A program made the position numbers and the translations under genes. Positions 36,743 to 47,042 of a stretch of DNA of 58,642 bases are shown one piece after another. Source of the DNA: an uncultured virus (IMG/VR IMGVR_UViG_3300008003_000324) (Duplodnaviria > Heunggongvirae > Uroviricota > Caudoviricetes); IMG/VR virus record IMGVR_UViG_3300008003_000324; one strand, written 5' to 3'. The notes under the pieces are model-generated. The model did no database searches. It had not been told where the DNA came from and saw only the letters and a program-made list of their open reading frames with translations. Positions within the stretch are counted from its first letter, which is position 1; each line of letters begins with the position of its first letter.

Positions 36743-37732
36743 ATGCCTAAGAAATCAATGAAAGAAATTCGAGCACTCGCCAAGAAAAAAGTGTCTGGTG
36801 AAGAACGCAATACCAAACGCTACAATCCAGACGTATACCCGTTTTGGAAGATGAACGAGGGTGAAGTAGCAACAGTAAGATTCCTCCCGGACAAGAATAC
36901 AGACAATGATTTTCCTCTAGTAGAAAGATTAGACAACTGGCTTACCATAGACGGTAAGAAGAGAAGAATCACAAGCCCCAAAACATTCGACCCCAAAGCG
37001 AGATGTCCTATTGCGGAACTATCCGCAAAGTACTATGATGCGGGAGACGAAGAGAATGGCAAATATTACTACAGAAGTGCAACACATTTAGCTAGAGCAT
37101 TGGTAATTTCTGACCCTCTTCCACCCGATCCAGAAACCGGCGAAACTTATAAAGGTAAGGTTGTCACCCTACAGTTGGGTTATCAGCTTTACACCAAGTT
37201 TATGGAAGACCTTGGAAACGTTTTCGATGATGATGATGCTCTACCATGGGATTTAGAAGAAGGTTTTAATTTCAATCTTAAGAAAATCACCAACAAAGGC
37301 GGACAGGCCAAGTGGGACTCTTCTTCCTACTTCGACCGCAAACCTTCCCCTATTCCGGACGAATATCTTGAGAACATAGAATTGATCGACTTGCGGGAAC
37401 TCCTAGGAGAGCCCACTACTTATGATGAAGTGAACGAACTCCTAGCCCAGCACCTAAAAGGTTCTGTGGATAAAGATGGGGATGACGATCTAGACAAGAA
37501 GAGGGTTGGTACACAGAATTCCGAAAAGTCTTCTAAGAGGGCAGCAGCCCTAGCTAGGTTGAAGGGAGAAGATGTGTCTGAAGGAGAAGGGTTCGATGAT
37601 GTTCCCGACTTTGATGATAGCACTGGATCTTCGGACGATGGTGACGACAGAACAGAGGCTGCTGATGACGATGACGGTGACGATCTAAGTGATCTTCAAA
37701 ACTTGATTCGGAATAGAAGAAAGTCTGCTTGA
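36743..37732 (+). CDS. gp32: single-stranded DNA-binding protein (gp32-like)
   Basis: VRFLPD, CPI, WDLEEGFNFNLKK, WDSSSYF, long acidic tail; precedes uvsX. Confidence 0.88.
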   Translation: MPKKSMKEIRALAKKKVSGEERNTKRYNPDVYPFWKMNEGEVATVRFLPDKNTDNDFPLVERLDNWLTIDGKKRRITSPKTFDPKARCPIAELSAKYYDAGDEENGKYYYRSATHLARALVISDPLPPDPETGETYKGKVVTLQLGYQLYTKFMEDLGNVFDDDDALPWDLEEGFNFNLKKITNKGGQAKWDSSSYFDRKPSPIPDEYLENIELIDLRELLGEPTTYDEVNELLAQHLKGSVDKDGDDDLDKKRVGTQNSEKSSKRAAALARLKGEDVSEGEGFDDVPDFDDSTGSSDDGDDRTEAADDDDGDDLSDLQNLIRNRRKSA

Positions 37733-37767
37733 GTTTCAACCATCAAATAGATTGTTAAAATCGGACC

Positions 37768-37794
37768 AAGCCTATATCCTAGATATAGGCTTTT
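37768..37794 (+). terminator. intrinsic terminator after gp32
   Basis: AAGCCTATATC-cta-GATATAGGCTT followed by T residues. Confidence 0.75.
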
Positions 37795-37822
37795 CCTTTA
37801 TCAAAAAACTAAGGAGATAATA

Positions 37823-38851
37823 ATGAGTAAAAGCAAATTTATGAAATCGATGGACGCCCGTGGAAAGCTTGACGGGGTTAATGTTCATTCGGCACCACCC
37901 CGCCTTTGGCTGAGTACGGGAAATTGTGCAGTGAACAAGGTCATATCGGGAAAATTTTATAGAGGATACGCTGGAGGAAGACTAGCTATGATCACAGGTC
38001 CATCTGATTCGGGAAAGAGTTTTCTTGCAATGTCTGCTGCGGTACAGGCACAAAAAAATGGATACGGCGTGTTCATTGTGGATAGTGAAAACGCCATAGA
38101 CGACAACTACATGGAAGCCGTTGGATTGGATCTAGAAGACGAGTTGTTGATGTACAACAGTGTCAATTCCTTAGAATCTGGGAAAAAGTTGATCTCTGAA
38201 TTCATTCAAGAATACAGGGCTAACAAAGAAGACCTTCCTCCGTTCCTTCTTTTGATTGATAGCTTAGATGAGCTAAGAACAAAAGCCCATGTTGAAAAAG
38301 AAGAAAAGGGTGTAATACACAATGATCAAGGCCAGAAGGCCAAACAATTGAAACAATTGGGTGGTGATATAATGCATGAGATTCGAGATCTTGATATTTT
38401 TTGCGTTGCCACTAAGCAACCATACCAAAATCAAGATCTTATCATGAAGAAGGTTGATCCGTATATCATAACTGAGTCTATGAAGTTTCCATTTTCTCAG
38501 ATTGTTATGTTAACAAATCGTCGAGTCAAGGATGCAAAGACCAAGACTGTTGAGGGTATTGCTTTGAACGTACTGGGGTATAAAACTCGTTTTGCTAAGC
38601 CTCGTCAGAAGGTGACGATTGAAGTACCATACGATACGGGCATTGATCCGTACAACGGTTTGTTGGACATAGCGGAGAACTTGGGGGTAATTTCTAAATC
38701 TGGGGCATGGTATTCATATAAAGATGATAAGTTTCAAACCAAATCGGCAGATGAAGAAACCCTAAATAAAATATTACAAGACCTCATCGAATTAGATGAT
38801 AATGGTGATCATTTTATTGATACATTGAACGAAGAGGAGTCAGATGACTAA
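37823..38851 (+). CDS. uvsX: RecA-like recombinase UvsX
   Basis: LSTG, GPSDSGKS, DSENA, IDSL, KTRF, GAWY. Confidence 0.93.
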   Translation: MSKSKFMKSMDARGKLDGVNVHSAPPRLWLSTGNCAVNKVISGKFYRGYAGGRLAMITGPSDSGKSFLAMSAAVQAQKNGYGVFIVDSENAIDDNYMEAVGLDLEDELLMYNSVNSLESGKKLISEFIQEYRANKEDLPPFLLLIDSLDELRTKAHVEKEEKGVIHNDQGQKAKQLKQLGGDIMHEIRDLDIFCVATKQPYQNQDLIMKKVDPYIITESMKFPFSQIVMLTNRRVKDAKTKTVEGIALNVLGYKTRFAKPRQKVTIEVPYDTGIDPYNGLLDIAENLGVISKSGAWYSYKDDKFQTKSADEETLNKILQDLIELDDNGDHFIDTLNEEESDD

Positions 38852-39350
38852 AAGCTTAAAAGATGTTATTTTGGAGCGCGACCGTGTATACGCTGATAGT
38901 GTTAGAAAAATCTCTCTACTTTTTGTAGAGAGATTGTTTTCTGCAATCGAAGTTGTATTGTTTAATGGGCATGATGTTGATATGATCATGGGAGATATCA
39001 ACATAGTACCACAAAATTTAAACTATGTCACCCTAGTGATGCTCGTGACAATCAACACAAACACACAGGAACAAAAGAAAACGCGGGTAGCCAACACGCT
39101 AGCATTTCCCATCCCTATTGACATTCTAGAAAAAGGAACAGTAACTGATATTATTGAGTATCTAGAAGCTCTTAAAAATGATGTAGAGGCAACGAGTAAG
39201 CCCGTACCATCTGAAATGAAAGAAGTGGGGGTACGCCAAAAAATTGTTGATAGGGTCAATTATAGGGATATAGACGGAGAAGAACTTCAGTTGGACGACA
39301 TACAAAAAGAGTTAATAAAATTCACACAAGTTACCGAAATAAAACATTGA
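38844..39350 (+). CDS. hypothetical protein
   Basis: Overlapping ORF with an AGGAG RBS. Confidence 0.7.
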   Translation: MTKSLKDVILERDRVYADSVRKISLLFVERLFSAIEVVLFNGHDVDMIMGDINIVPQNLNYVTLVMLVTINTNTQEQKKTRVANTLAFPIPIDILEKGTVTDIIEYLEALKNDVEATSKPVPSEMKEVGVRQKIVDRVNYRDIDGEELQLDDIQKELIKFTQVTEIKH

Positions 39351-39357
39351 GATTATT

Positions 39358-39828
39358 ATGCAGAAGAAACAGATAGTATTAACAGCCAAAGAAGCTGAAA
39401 ATTTTTTGAGTTTATTGGATGAATATGAAGACCGTCTTTCTGGGTGGAAAAAAAATGTTTCTTTGGACAATAAAAACATTCAGATGGTTAATATAGAACA
39501 AGTCGCTTGGATAGCCTACTATGACGAAATCAAGGTGGAATTGAAACATTATCTTGATGATCTAGATCGAAGATTGAAAAGACAGAAGGCTATAGCTATT
39601 AAAGTAATATATGATACCATGCAAAAGTCTATCACTGATCGAATGGTAGACAAATTAGCAGAAGAGAATAAAGATTACGAAAACATATATGCGCTATACT
39701 TAGAATTTAAAAATTTGTATGAACGAGCAGACATGATTGTAAATGCTTTTCAACAAAGGGCGTATGCGATAAACAACATCGTAAAAATTCGAGAAAAAGA
39801 ACTTCAGGGTATTACACTTCATATATGA
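39358..39828 (+). CDS. uvsY: recombination mediator UvsY-like
   Basis: Helical 156 aa ending 'AFQQRAYAINNIVKIR'; lies between uvsX and uvsW. Confidence 0.7.
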   Translation: MQKKQIVLTAKEAENFLSLLDEYEDRLSGWKKNVSLDNKNIQMVNIEQVAWIAYYDEIKVELKHYLDDLDRRLKRQKAIAIKVIYDTMQKSITDRMVDKLAEENKDYENIYALYLEFKNLYERADMIVNAFQQRAYAINNIVKIREKELQGITLHI

Positions 39829-41405
39829 GTAAGAAAATAGCAACCGTCCGTCTTATAAATGAGGTTCAAGCCGCAATCAACGGAGTATCACCCCGTGAGT
39901 GTAAGGAACTGAGTGACGAGTTTTCGTTTTTTGCGAACAATTATTTCTTTAATCCTGAGTTTCAACTAGAACGTTGGGACGGAAAGACCAAATTTTTTAC
40001 ACCCGGTGGTGTTACTTATATTGAAATGCTCCCAGATGTTCTATTTGAACTTAAGGACATGGGGTATTCGATAAAGCTTAAGGACGAAAGAAAACCTTTT
40101 GATCTTGTTGTAGAAAAAATAGGAAAAGATTATTTTAGCGAGTATGGTTGGACCATTGCTGACCATCAATTGAAAGCAATTAATGCAGTAACTGAAAATA
40201 ACCACAAAGGGATAATAAAGGTGGGGACCGGTGGTGGGAAAACTCTTATTACTGCGGTACTGGCCGATTTGTATAGGAATAAAGGTAAAAGAATTATCAT
40301 AATTGTACCAAACAAAGACTTGATTGAACAAACAAAAGAAGAAATTGAACAATTTGGTATAGAGGTAGGCGCTTATTACCAGAAGGAAAAGAATCTGGGG
40401 CCAGCGATTGTTGTTTCTACATGGCAGTCTTTAGGAAGAAATCCACGCATATTGCACGACTTTGACGGTTTCATGGTTGATGAAGCCCATGGTATAAAAG
40501 CTAATGTTTTACAGAATCTTCTTTGTGGTGACACTGGAAAAAACATGCCAATACGAATAGGTCTTACTGGAACATTACCAGATCACGATACGGACAAATT
40601 GACCGTTTTTTGTGCGTTGGGGCAAGTTGTTTCGGAGGTTCGTTCAGAGCAATTGATTTCAGAAGGATGGCTGGCTAAACTAAATTTGACAATGTTGGGG
40701 TTCAAGGAAGATTTCAAGGAAGAGTATGAACAGTTTAAAAATCAGTTCAAAGATGATCCAAAATTGAAAGATGTTGCGTATGCGGAGTTTAAGAGAAAAT
40801 ATCTTTTCCCGGAATACCAGAACGAAAAAAGTTACCTCATACACAACTCGGATCGTATGGAAACTTTGGCATTGATGATTCAAAAGACAACAGAAAAGTA
40901 TGGCAATTCTTTTGTCTTAGTTAATTCTGTAGATTTTGGTAAAAAACTCTCAAAATTGATTGGTGATAATGCTATATTTATCAGTTCTTCTATTAAAGAC
41001 AGAAAGCCCATTTACAAAAGTTTCGACGAGAGTAATGGAATAGTCGGTATTGCTACTTTCAATCTCGCTAGTACCGGATTGAATATCCCTAGACTTTTTA
41101 ACGTGTTTGTTGTTGACGGAGGAAAATCGTCGGTTCGGGTTGTACAGACTATTGGTCGTGGTCTAAGAAAAGCGGTAGACAAAGACCAAGTTAATGTAAT
41201 TGACGTTTATTCGTCTGTGGTATTTTCTACAAAACACGCCGCAAAACGAAAAAAGATTTATAAAGAAGAGAAATACGCGTTCACGGAATTGAAATCCTTG
41301 AAATACGAAGAGAAAACGGACAGAGAAAAGACTGTACAAAATCTTCTCAAGACTATAAAATCTTTAAGATATGATTCAAAATTGGAAAACGAGGTGTTTG
41401 ATTAA
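39825..41405 (+). CDS. uvsW: UvsW-like SF2 helicase
   Basis: WDGK, TGGGKT, DEAH, GLTGT, STGLNIP, QTIGRGLR. Confidence 0.93.
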   Translation: MSKKIATVRLINEVQAAINGVSPRECKELSDEFSFFANNYFFNPEFQLERWDGKTKFFTPGGVTYIEMLPDVLFELKDMGYSIKLKDERKPFDLVVEKIGKDYFSEYGWTIADHQLKAINAVTENNHKGIIKVGTGGGKTLITAVLADLYRNKGKRIIIIVPNKDLIEQTKEEIEQFGIEVGAYYQKEKNLGPAIVVSTWQSLGRNPRILHDFDGFMVDEAHGIKANVLQNLLCGDTGKNMPIRIGLTGTLPDHDTDKLTVFCALGQVVSEVRSEQLISEGWLAKLNLTMLGFKEDFKEEYEQFKNQFKDDPKLKDVAYAEFKRKYLFPEYQNEKSYLIHNSDRMETLALMIQKTTEKYGNSFVLVNSVDFGKKLSKLIGDNAIFISSSIKDRKPIYKSFDESNGIVGIATFNLASTGLNIPRLFNVFVVDGGKSSVRVVQTIGRGLRKAVDKDQVNVIDVYSSVVFSTKHAAKRKKIYKEEKYAFTELKSLKYEEKTDREKTVQNLLKTIKSLRYDSKLENEVFD

Positions 41406-41896
41406 TGGTGTTTTTGGATGAGAACAATGTCCCAATATTTCTAGAAAGCATTGATGTCCCGACTGTTTCTGAATATTTCTGGAGCCTTTCTCTCAAAGAG
41501 AAGGATTTTATGTTAAATGAAATAATAACACTTGAGGAAATGGAAGTGTCTGCTCTGATGCTGGCTATTATGGGATATGTCATTAAAATTCCAACATCAT
41601 GGAACATGTTAATCTATTCTCAGGAGACTTTTCAGATAGATGTAATAGAAGTACATGAGTTGACCAAGGGGAATTTCAGTGCGGTCGTATACGACCATCA
41701 GAAAGATTATGTCGTTCCCGGTGTGGGCTTGGTAAAGGTGTTGGATTACATCCCAAATAGCAAGATAATGACACCCACTTTGCACAAATCTACAATGCTT
41801 TGTCATCCGATAGGACCGAGACATTGGGTGTGTGTTTCACCAACAGATAACTACAATAAATATTTGAAAGGCGCAGTCATAGGAGATTTGTACTAA
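41405..41896 (+). CDS. hypothetical protein
   Basis: TAATG-coupled to uvsW. Confidence 0.7.
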   Translation: MVFLDENNVPIFLESIDVPTVSEYFWSLSLKEKDFMLNEIITLEEMEVSALMLAIMGYVIKIPTSWNMLIYSQETFQIDVIEVHELTKGNFSAVVYDHQKDYVVPGVGLVKVLDYIPNSKIMTPTLHKSTMLCHPIGPRHWVCVSPTDNYNKYLKGAVIGDLY

Positions 41897-42402
41897 TGTC
41901 AACACCAAAAGGAAAAAAATTTACCGTTTCAGAATTTCAAACATGGCTTGATGGTATCATGGAATTTCAAGAATCGGGGTGGTCTCCTTCAGCAGAACAA
42001 TGGAAAGCCATTTACCAAAAGATACAGAATTTAAAAGAGCCGCCCCAAAGTCCTAGGACTGTAAAAGTTGATGCGTCTTCAATCAGCGAGATAGTAGATG
42101 GAATTGCACAGACCATACCAGATATCGGGCACGTTGATTTTGAGCTTATGACAAATGTACTGAATGCTATATTCAGTCAGATACGACAAGGTGCAAACTT
42201 TGGACAGATGCCACACTCAACACCAACAAACACGGGTGGTAGTGGTCAGAACATGCCCTTACAAAGACCTCCGCCTGTTCAAGGAGACGATTTGGCTAAC
42301 ATACCCTTGAGCAAACTGAGAGAGCAGCAGGTCCAGTTGACCGGAAAGCCACAAGGGAACTCCAATCTTGTTGTAGATGATGTAAAAGACGAATTCGTTT
42401 AA
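41896..42402 (+). CDS. hypothetical protein
   Basis: TAATG-coupled; motif EFQTWLDGI...WSPSAEQWKAI. Confidence 0.7.
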   Translation: MSTPKGKKFTVSEFQTWLDGIMEFQESGWSPSAEQWKAIYQKIQNLKEPPQSPRTVKVDASSISEIVDGIAQTIPDIGHVDFELMTNVLNAIFSQIRQGANFGQMPHSTPTNTGGSGQNMPLQRPPPVQGDDLANIPLSKLREQQVQLTGKPQGNSNLVVDDVKDEFV

Positions 42403-42406
42403 AACA

Positions 42407-42982
42407 ATGTCAGTATATTATGAAAAGCTTGCAAACCGAGATTTGTGGGTTGATGGACAATCCAGCTTGTCGGTTGATGCCATTTGTGACAAAATTTTTT
42501 GTGGCGAAAATCTAAGAGATATTCTTTCTAATAATATAATCAGCGGTAGAGACAAGAGAGAAGTAGATAAGTTTCTCAAACTCGTACCTGAGTTCAAGGG
42601 TTCGAAAGTTTGTTACAAGGAAAAAACCCATGTGGCTGGGTTCGATACTTCTTTTGACATTGACGAGAAATACAAAAACCTAGGCATTGAAAAAATTTTG
42701 GTCAAAAAGATCAAGACCGAGATACACAAAAAGCAACTAAACGACGAAGAGGTACTTCTAAGAATAGAGAGGATACAACACGAGTTGGAATTATATAAGA
42801 ATCATGGTTTGACTGATGTACTCTCGGCCTGTCTTTATATCGTCGATACCTTTAGAAACAACAACATCGTTTGGGGTCCGGGTCGTGGGAGTGCTTGCTG
42901 TTCTTATGTTCTTTACTTGATTGGAATTCACAATATAGATAGTGTAGCCTTCGATTTGAAAATGGACGAATTCCTAAGATGA
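42407..42982 (+). CDS. DnaE/Pol III-alpha-like fragment 1 (GRGS motif)
   Basis: RIQHELEL...VWGPGRGSACCSYVLYLIGIHNID...LKMDEFLR (DnaE: GPGRGS..SLVAY.LGIT.IDP...L.FERFL). Confidence 0.85.
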   Translation: MSVYYEKLANRDLWVDGQSSLSVDAICDKIFCGENLRDILSNNIISGRDKREVDKFLKLVPEFKGSKVCYKEKTHVAGFDTSFDIDEKYKNLGIEKILVKKIKTEIHKKQLNDEEVLLRIERIQHELELYKNHGLTDVLSACLYIVDTFRNNNIVWGPGRGSACCSYVLYLIGIHNIDSVAFDLKMDEFLR

Positions 42983-42983
42983 T

Positions 42984-42991
42984 TATAAATA
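42984..42991 (+). promoter_or_regulatory. late promoter TATAAATA
   Basis: Exact consensus. Confidence 0.7.
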
Positions 42992-43022
42992 ACAACACGT
43001 ATGATATCAAAGGAGTCACATA

Positions 43023-43301
43023 ATGGCTAGAAAAGTGAAGAGCTTAAAGGGAGAAGAGATAGATTTTGATCTATTGAAAACAAAACAGGAATTGGGTCAA
43101 AAGGAAACGGTTCTCGAAGTTCGCGATAGAGAAGATTTTGTTCACACCAAGAGACGTACTAGGGGCCGCGCGGCGCTTATTCAACGTTTGAATAAAAATA
43201 AGAAAACACGAGAGTCAAGGTCTAACGAGGAAACGTCCAAAGTAGGTCGTGAGTCCGAGACTACTACAACTAAGAAAAGAAAGATCGTCAAGAAAAACTA
43301 A
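43023..43301 (+). CDS. basic hypothetical protein
   Basis: AAGGAG RBS; SLKGEEIDFDLL motif. Confidence 0.7.
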   Translation: MARKVKSLKGEEIDFDLLKTKQELGQKETVLEVRDREDFVHTKRRTRGRAALIQRLNKNKKTRESRSNEETSKVGRESETTTTKKRKIVKKN

Positions 43302-43309
43302 GGAAAATT

Positions 43310-43645
43310 ATGAAAGTATCACTTTTTGAAGATAAAATAGCATTTAGGTTTGAGGAAGAGATTACAAATCACGGATTTATAAATAAAACAGAGTCGGGTT
43401 TGTATATACAAGAAGTACATTCCGAACAAATCAAACGTCCTCGTTGGGGGGTGGTGTTACAAACCGGTCCTGATTGTACAGAAGTTTCCGAAGGTGATGT
43501 CATATTGATTGAAAACTCTATGTGGACTAATGGAATTGATTTTGAAGAAACCGAAAGTAGTCAGTTTTGGGTAACACGAGAGCGCAATGTCATTGCAGTT
43601 AGAGACCGGAACCCCATAAATACCAAACAGAACATAACCGTTTAA
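43310..43645 (+). CDS. groES: GroES/gp31-like co-chaperonin
   Basis: KTESGLYI, WGVVLQTGPD, VSEGDVIL, ERNVIAV. Confidence 0.85.
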   Translation: MKVSLFEDKIAFRFEEEITNHGFINKTESGLYIQEVHSEQIKRPRWGVVLQTGPDCTEVSEGDVILIENSMWTNGIDFEETESSQFWVTRERNVIAVRDRNPINTKQNITV

Positions 43646-43651
43646 CAACTT

Positions 43652-44587
43652 ATGCCATTCTTAATAATGATAACGCTAGGCACTCTTCTTATCGCCAGTG
43701 CCGCAATATTTTTTAGTGTTTTGGGGCTTGTCCAGACGTTTTCCGAAACTGCACTCTATTGGGGTACAGCCATAGAAATAGCCAAATTGGTGCTTGCTTC
43801 TTTTGTTTATCGCTATTGGGATAAAATGGAAACTTTGTCAAAAATGTTGGGAGTTTTCTTTGTTGGATTGTTGATGGTGATAACTTCTCTTGGAATATCG
43901 GGGCATATTCTTTCTTCTATGCAGCAGGGTGATTTGGAATTAACAGCCCAGCAAATACAAACTGAAACCGCTAACAGCCGTATTTCTAGAATACAAGAGA
44001 GAATAGATTTCGTAGATCAAAGGATCGAGCAGGGGCGGTCTAGATTAGAAGCAATTGACGAAGAAATAGCTCTAGTTCCCAATAATTTTGTTACTGCTAG
44101 ACGACAACTTATTCAAGAACGTCAACCCGAAAAAGATCAAATTCAAAAAACCATAACCGGGCTTTTCGACGAACGAGATGCGTTGTTCTTACAGATTGAA
44201 CAGGCTGAGTCGGAGAGAGGAGAATTGTATTTAGAAACTAAACAGATAGAAGTTAAAGTCGGTCCCATAGTAAAAGTGGTAGAAACTTTTGGGGCAGATG
44301 CCGCCAAAGCAATATACATTTTCATTCTTATTATTGTTTTAAGTTTTGACCCGGTTGCAGTATATTTGACGGTTGCAGCGAATCGTGTTGCAATTGATAT
44401 TCGTATGAAAAAAGAACAGAAAGACACCATGGACGAATCACCCAGAACAGGGTCTAAAATGATTTCCGGTAAGCACATCAAAGATGACGGCAAATTGGAT
44501 AACATAGTCGAAACTATGAGCTACATCAAGGATCGACTAAAAAAAGAAGATGAAAAAAAACAGCAGTTCAGAGACTCTTTGTCTTGA
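43652..44587 (+). CDS. membrane protein with long coiled coil
   Basis: Three N-terminal TM segments, a coiled coil, then one C-terminal TM. Confidence 0.75.
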   Translation: MPFLIMITLGTLLIASAAIFFSVLGLVQTFSETALYWGTAIEIAKLVLASFVYRYWDKMETLSKMLGVFFVGLLMVITSLGISGHILSSMQQGDLELTAQQIQTETANSRISRIQERIDFVDQRIEQGRSRLEAIDEEIALVPNNFVTARRQLIQERQPEKDQIQKTITGLFDERDALFLQIEQAESERGELYLETKQIEVKVGPIVKVVETFGADAAKAIYIFILIIVLSFDPVAVYLTVAANRVAIDIRMKKEQKDTMDESPRTGSKMISGKHIKDDGKLDNIVETMSYIKDRLKKEDEKKQQFRDSLS

Positions 44588-44612
44588 TGTATAGACTCTA
44601 AGCTTATATAAT
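44584..44612 (+). promoter_or_regulatory. sigma70-like promoter
   Basis: TTGATG-N17-TATAAT before the clamp loader gene. Confidence 0.65.
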
Positions 44613-44640
44613 TGTCTCCACTTGTATTAGGAGACAATAT

Positions 44641-45585
44641 ATGCCGAAACAACTCTGGTGGCAAAAACACCGACCGTCCACCGTAGACAATTTCATATTT
44701 CAGAGTGACGAACAAGAACGCTTTATTCGTAAATGCGTGGAAGAAAAAAGCATCCCGCACCTTCTGTTGCATGGACCCAAGGGCTCCGGAAAAACCACTT
44801 TGGCGCAGATCATAATCAACGCTCTCGTGGAACCAGAAAACATTTCATCTGACGTTTTAAAAATCAACGGTTCTAAAGACGGTAAGATAGATAATATCAG
44901 AAAACAATTGATAAATCATGTCACGAGAGTCCCTATGGGAGACGTTCAGCTTGTTTTTGTGGATGAAGCCGACGGTCTGTCATCTTCGGCACAAGATTCT
45001 CTCAGGGGCATTCTAGAGGAATATGACGCAGATGCTAGGGTGATATTCACTTGCAACTATGTACAACGGTTGACCCCAGAGCTTCGTTCTAGGTTTACTC
45101 AGATGAAGTTTACCCCGCCCGATAAAGACGAAATAGTTCCCTATTGTGTCGATATACTAGATGTCGAGGGAATAGATCCTAGTAAAAAGGAAAATTTAAA
45201 AGCTTTCAAGGAAATTATCGATGGCTATACCGGAGATCTTCGACAACTCGTCATAACACTAGAAAACTCTGCATATGGTGATTCTCTTAATGTTTCATCC
45301 ATAGAAGACGGGAATATGGACATTAAGTTATCAATTTTCGATAGCGTTGCGGAAGATAATTGGATACAAGCGAGAAGAATAGCAGCAGAAAATTTCAGAG
45401 ACGAAGAATTGATTGAGGTATATAGATTCTTGTATGAATACTTAGAAGATATGGAGAAGTTTAAAGATCCAAAAGATTTTAAGAAAGGAATAATTATTAT
45501 CTCTGACTACATGTACAGGCATGCTGTGCATCCAGATCAGGAAATTAATTTTGCTAGTTGTTTAGTCAAACTATCTGAGGTGTGA
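44641..45585 (+). CDS. gp44: clamp loader AAA+ subunit (gp44/RFC-like)
   Basis: WWQKHRP, GPKGSGKTT, VDEAD, TCNY, LRSRF. Confidence 0.93.
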   Translation: MPKQLWWQKHRPSTVDNFIFQSDEQERFIRKCVEEKSIPHLLLHGPKGSGKTTLAQIIINALVEPENISSDVLKINGSKDGKIDNIRKQLINHVTRVPMGDVQLVFVDEADGLSSSAQDSLRGILEEYDADARVIFTCNYVQRLTPELRSRFTQMKFTPPDKDEIVPYCVDILDVEGIDPSKKENLKAFKEIIDGYTGDLRQLVITLENSAYGDSLNVSSIEDGNMDIKLSIFDSVAEDNWIQARRIAAENFRDEELIEVYRFLYEYLEDMEKFKDPKDFKKGIIIISDYMYRHAVHPDQEINFASCLVKLSEV

Positions 45586-45586
45586 C

Positions 45587-45898
45587 ATGCGGTTGACAGA
45601 AGAGCAGGTAAAGAAAGAACTCAATGATGTTTCCCGTTTTCCCGAGAATGCGGATAAACTGTCATGGAGAAGAAAGATGGAGAAAATGGAGGGTTTTTTG
45701 AAAGAACTTGAGCCCATAGAAGAAGAAATATTCAACCTATATGAAAAGAAAATTCCTATCACGGACAAGATAGCCAAACTTAGAAAAATTATGGTTGATG
45801 AATGTATTCATCCAAAGGATCATCTCGTACATAAAGGCACTCATATCGAATGCAAGTTTTGCAATAAGATCATCAAACCGGTGAGGAAAAATGATTGA
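45587..45898 (+). CDS. hypothetical protein with C-terminal Zn-binding motif
   Basis: CIHP...CKFC. Confidence 0.7.
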   Translation: MRLTEEQVKKELNDVSRFPENADKLSWRRKMEKMEGFLKELEPIEEEIFNLYEKKIPITDKIAKLRKIMVDECIHPKDHLVHKGTHIECKFCNKIIKPVRKND

Positions 45899-46319
45899 TA
45901 TTTTTGATCAACTGGACAAGATAGACAACTTTGATCTAGCTGCCATCAAAAACGAAGAGTTTCTCAAAGACTTCAATCCCTTCATGGTCAACAAATGGAT
46001 GGCTGCTACACCCAACCCCAGACGAGTATTGTTGGTTAATGAAATACTTAATTCTATGATATTTCAATTGCACCGAGAGAAGAAGCTATTGTATTATTTG
46101 TCGTGTGCATCTTCGACTGGACCGGAACGCTATTCTTGGGTGAAGAGACCAAAAAATGTCCCTGACCCCATCACAGAGATCGTCTCACGGTATTATGATA
46201 TCTCTTATAGAGAAGCTGAAATGTCTTTGAAACTCTTGGAAAGGGAAGATATATTGGAAATGGCCGAAGAATTAGGGTTGGACAATAAGGATTTGAAAAA
46301 GATAAAGAAACATTTATGA
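45891..46319 (+). CDS. gp62: clamp loader small subunit (gp62-like)
   Basis: FNPFMVNKWM...YYDISYREA; close to gp44. Confidence 0.7.
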   Translation: MIDIFDQLDKIDNFDLAAIKNEEFLKDFNPFMVNKWMAATPNPRRVLLVNEILNSMIFQLHREKKLLYYLSCASSTGPERYSWVKRPKNVPDPITEIVSRYYDISYREAEMSLKLLEREDILEMAEELGLDNKDLKKIKKHL

Positions 46320-47008
46320 TACCAAAATTTCATCAATGTGAATTTTGTTCTAAGACTTTTGCAAACGAGATCAACCTTTCTAAGCACCGTTGTGAGTTTA
46401 TGGAAAGGTACGAGTATATCACCGAGAAGGGGTCAGGAGTTGTACTGTTTAAACTCTATAAGTTTTGGTTGAAGGATAAGAAAAGATCTGTAAAGTACGT
46501 TGACCATCAAACCTTTATACATTCCACACATTACAAGCCTTTTGTTCGTTTCATGGAGTTCGCTAAGAAAAATAGTCTACCGAATAAAGAACTTTATATA
46601 TCTTATTGCAATTCGAGAGACATTAGTCCCAAATCATGGACAGATGCGAAGCTTTATGAAGAATTTATTGCATGGTATGACGAATTATATCCATATAATA
46701 AGCAACTTGAAATAAGCATTAAGACTATATTCCAGATATGCGAATGGTTGGAACTCGATGACCCTGCACAAATATTTGATGAATTGGACAGTAAGACTAT
46801 TTTAGAACTACTGAGGCGTAGGAAAATATCTCCGTGGCTGTTTTTTAACAGCGCGGTTTTTATGGATTATTTAAAAACAAGGGCGTCCGCTGTCGAACGT
46901 GACCACATCCAATTAGTAACAAATCCCGTAAGATGGAAAACTATATTCAAAGACAATCCAAAAAAGAGAAGAAATGCAATTAATCTGATAAAAGAAATTG
47001 GACTATAA
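46316..47008 (+). CDS. zinc-finger-containing hypothetical protein
   Basis: CEFCSKTF...HRC. Confidence 0.7.
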   Translation: MIPKFHQCEFCSKTFANEINLSKHRCEFMERYEYITEKGSGVVLFKLYKFWLKDKKRSVKYVDHQTFIHSTHYKPFVRFMEFAKKNSLPNKELYISYCNSRDISPKSWTDAKLYEEFIAWYDELYPYNKQLEISIKTIFQICEWLELDDPAQIFDELDSKTILELLRRRKISPWLFFNSAVFMDYLKTRASAVERDHIQLVTNPVRWKTIFKDNPKKRRNAINLIKEIGL

Positions 47009-47042
47009 ATAAATAGGAATGACTTGAAAACTTTATATCTAG

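Noticed and set aside
41405..41896. Possible degenerate Hint/intein-like fold after uvsW
   Set aside because: No N-terminal Cys/Ser, TxxH or terminal HN; the resemblance is too vague to support.
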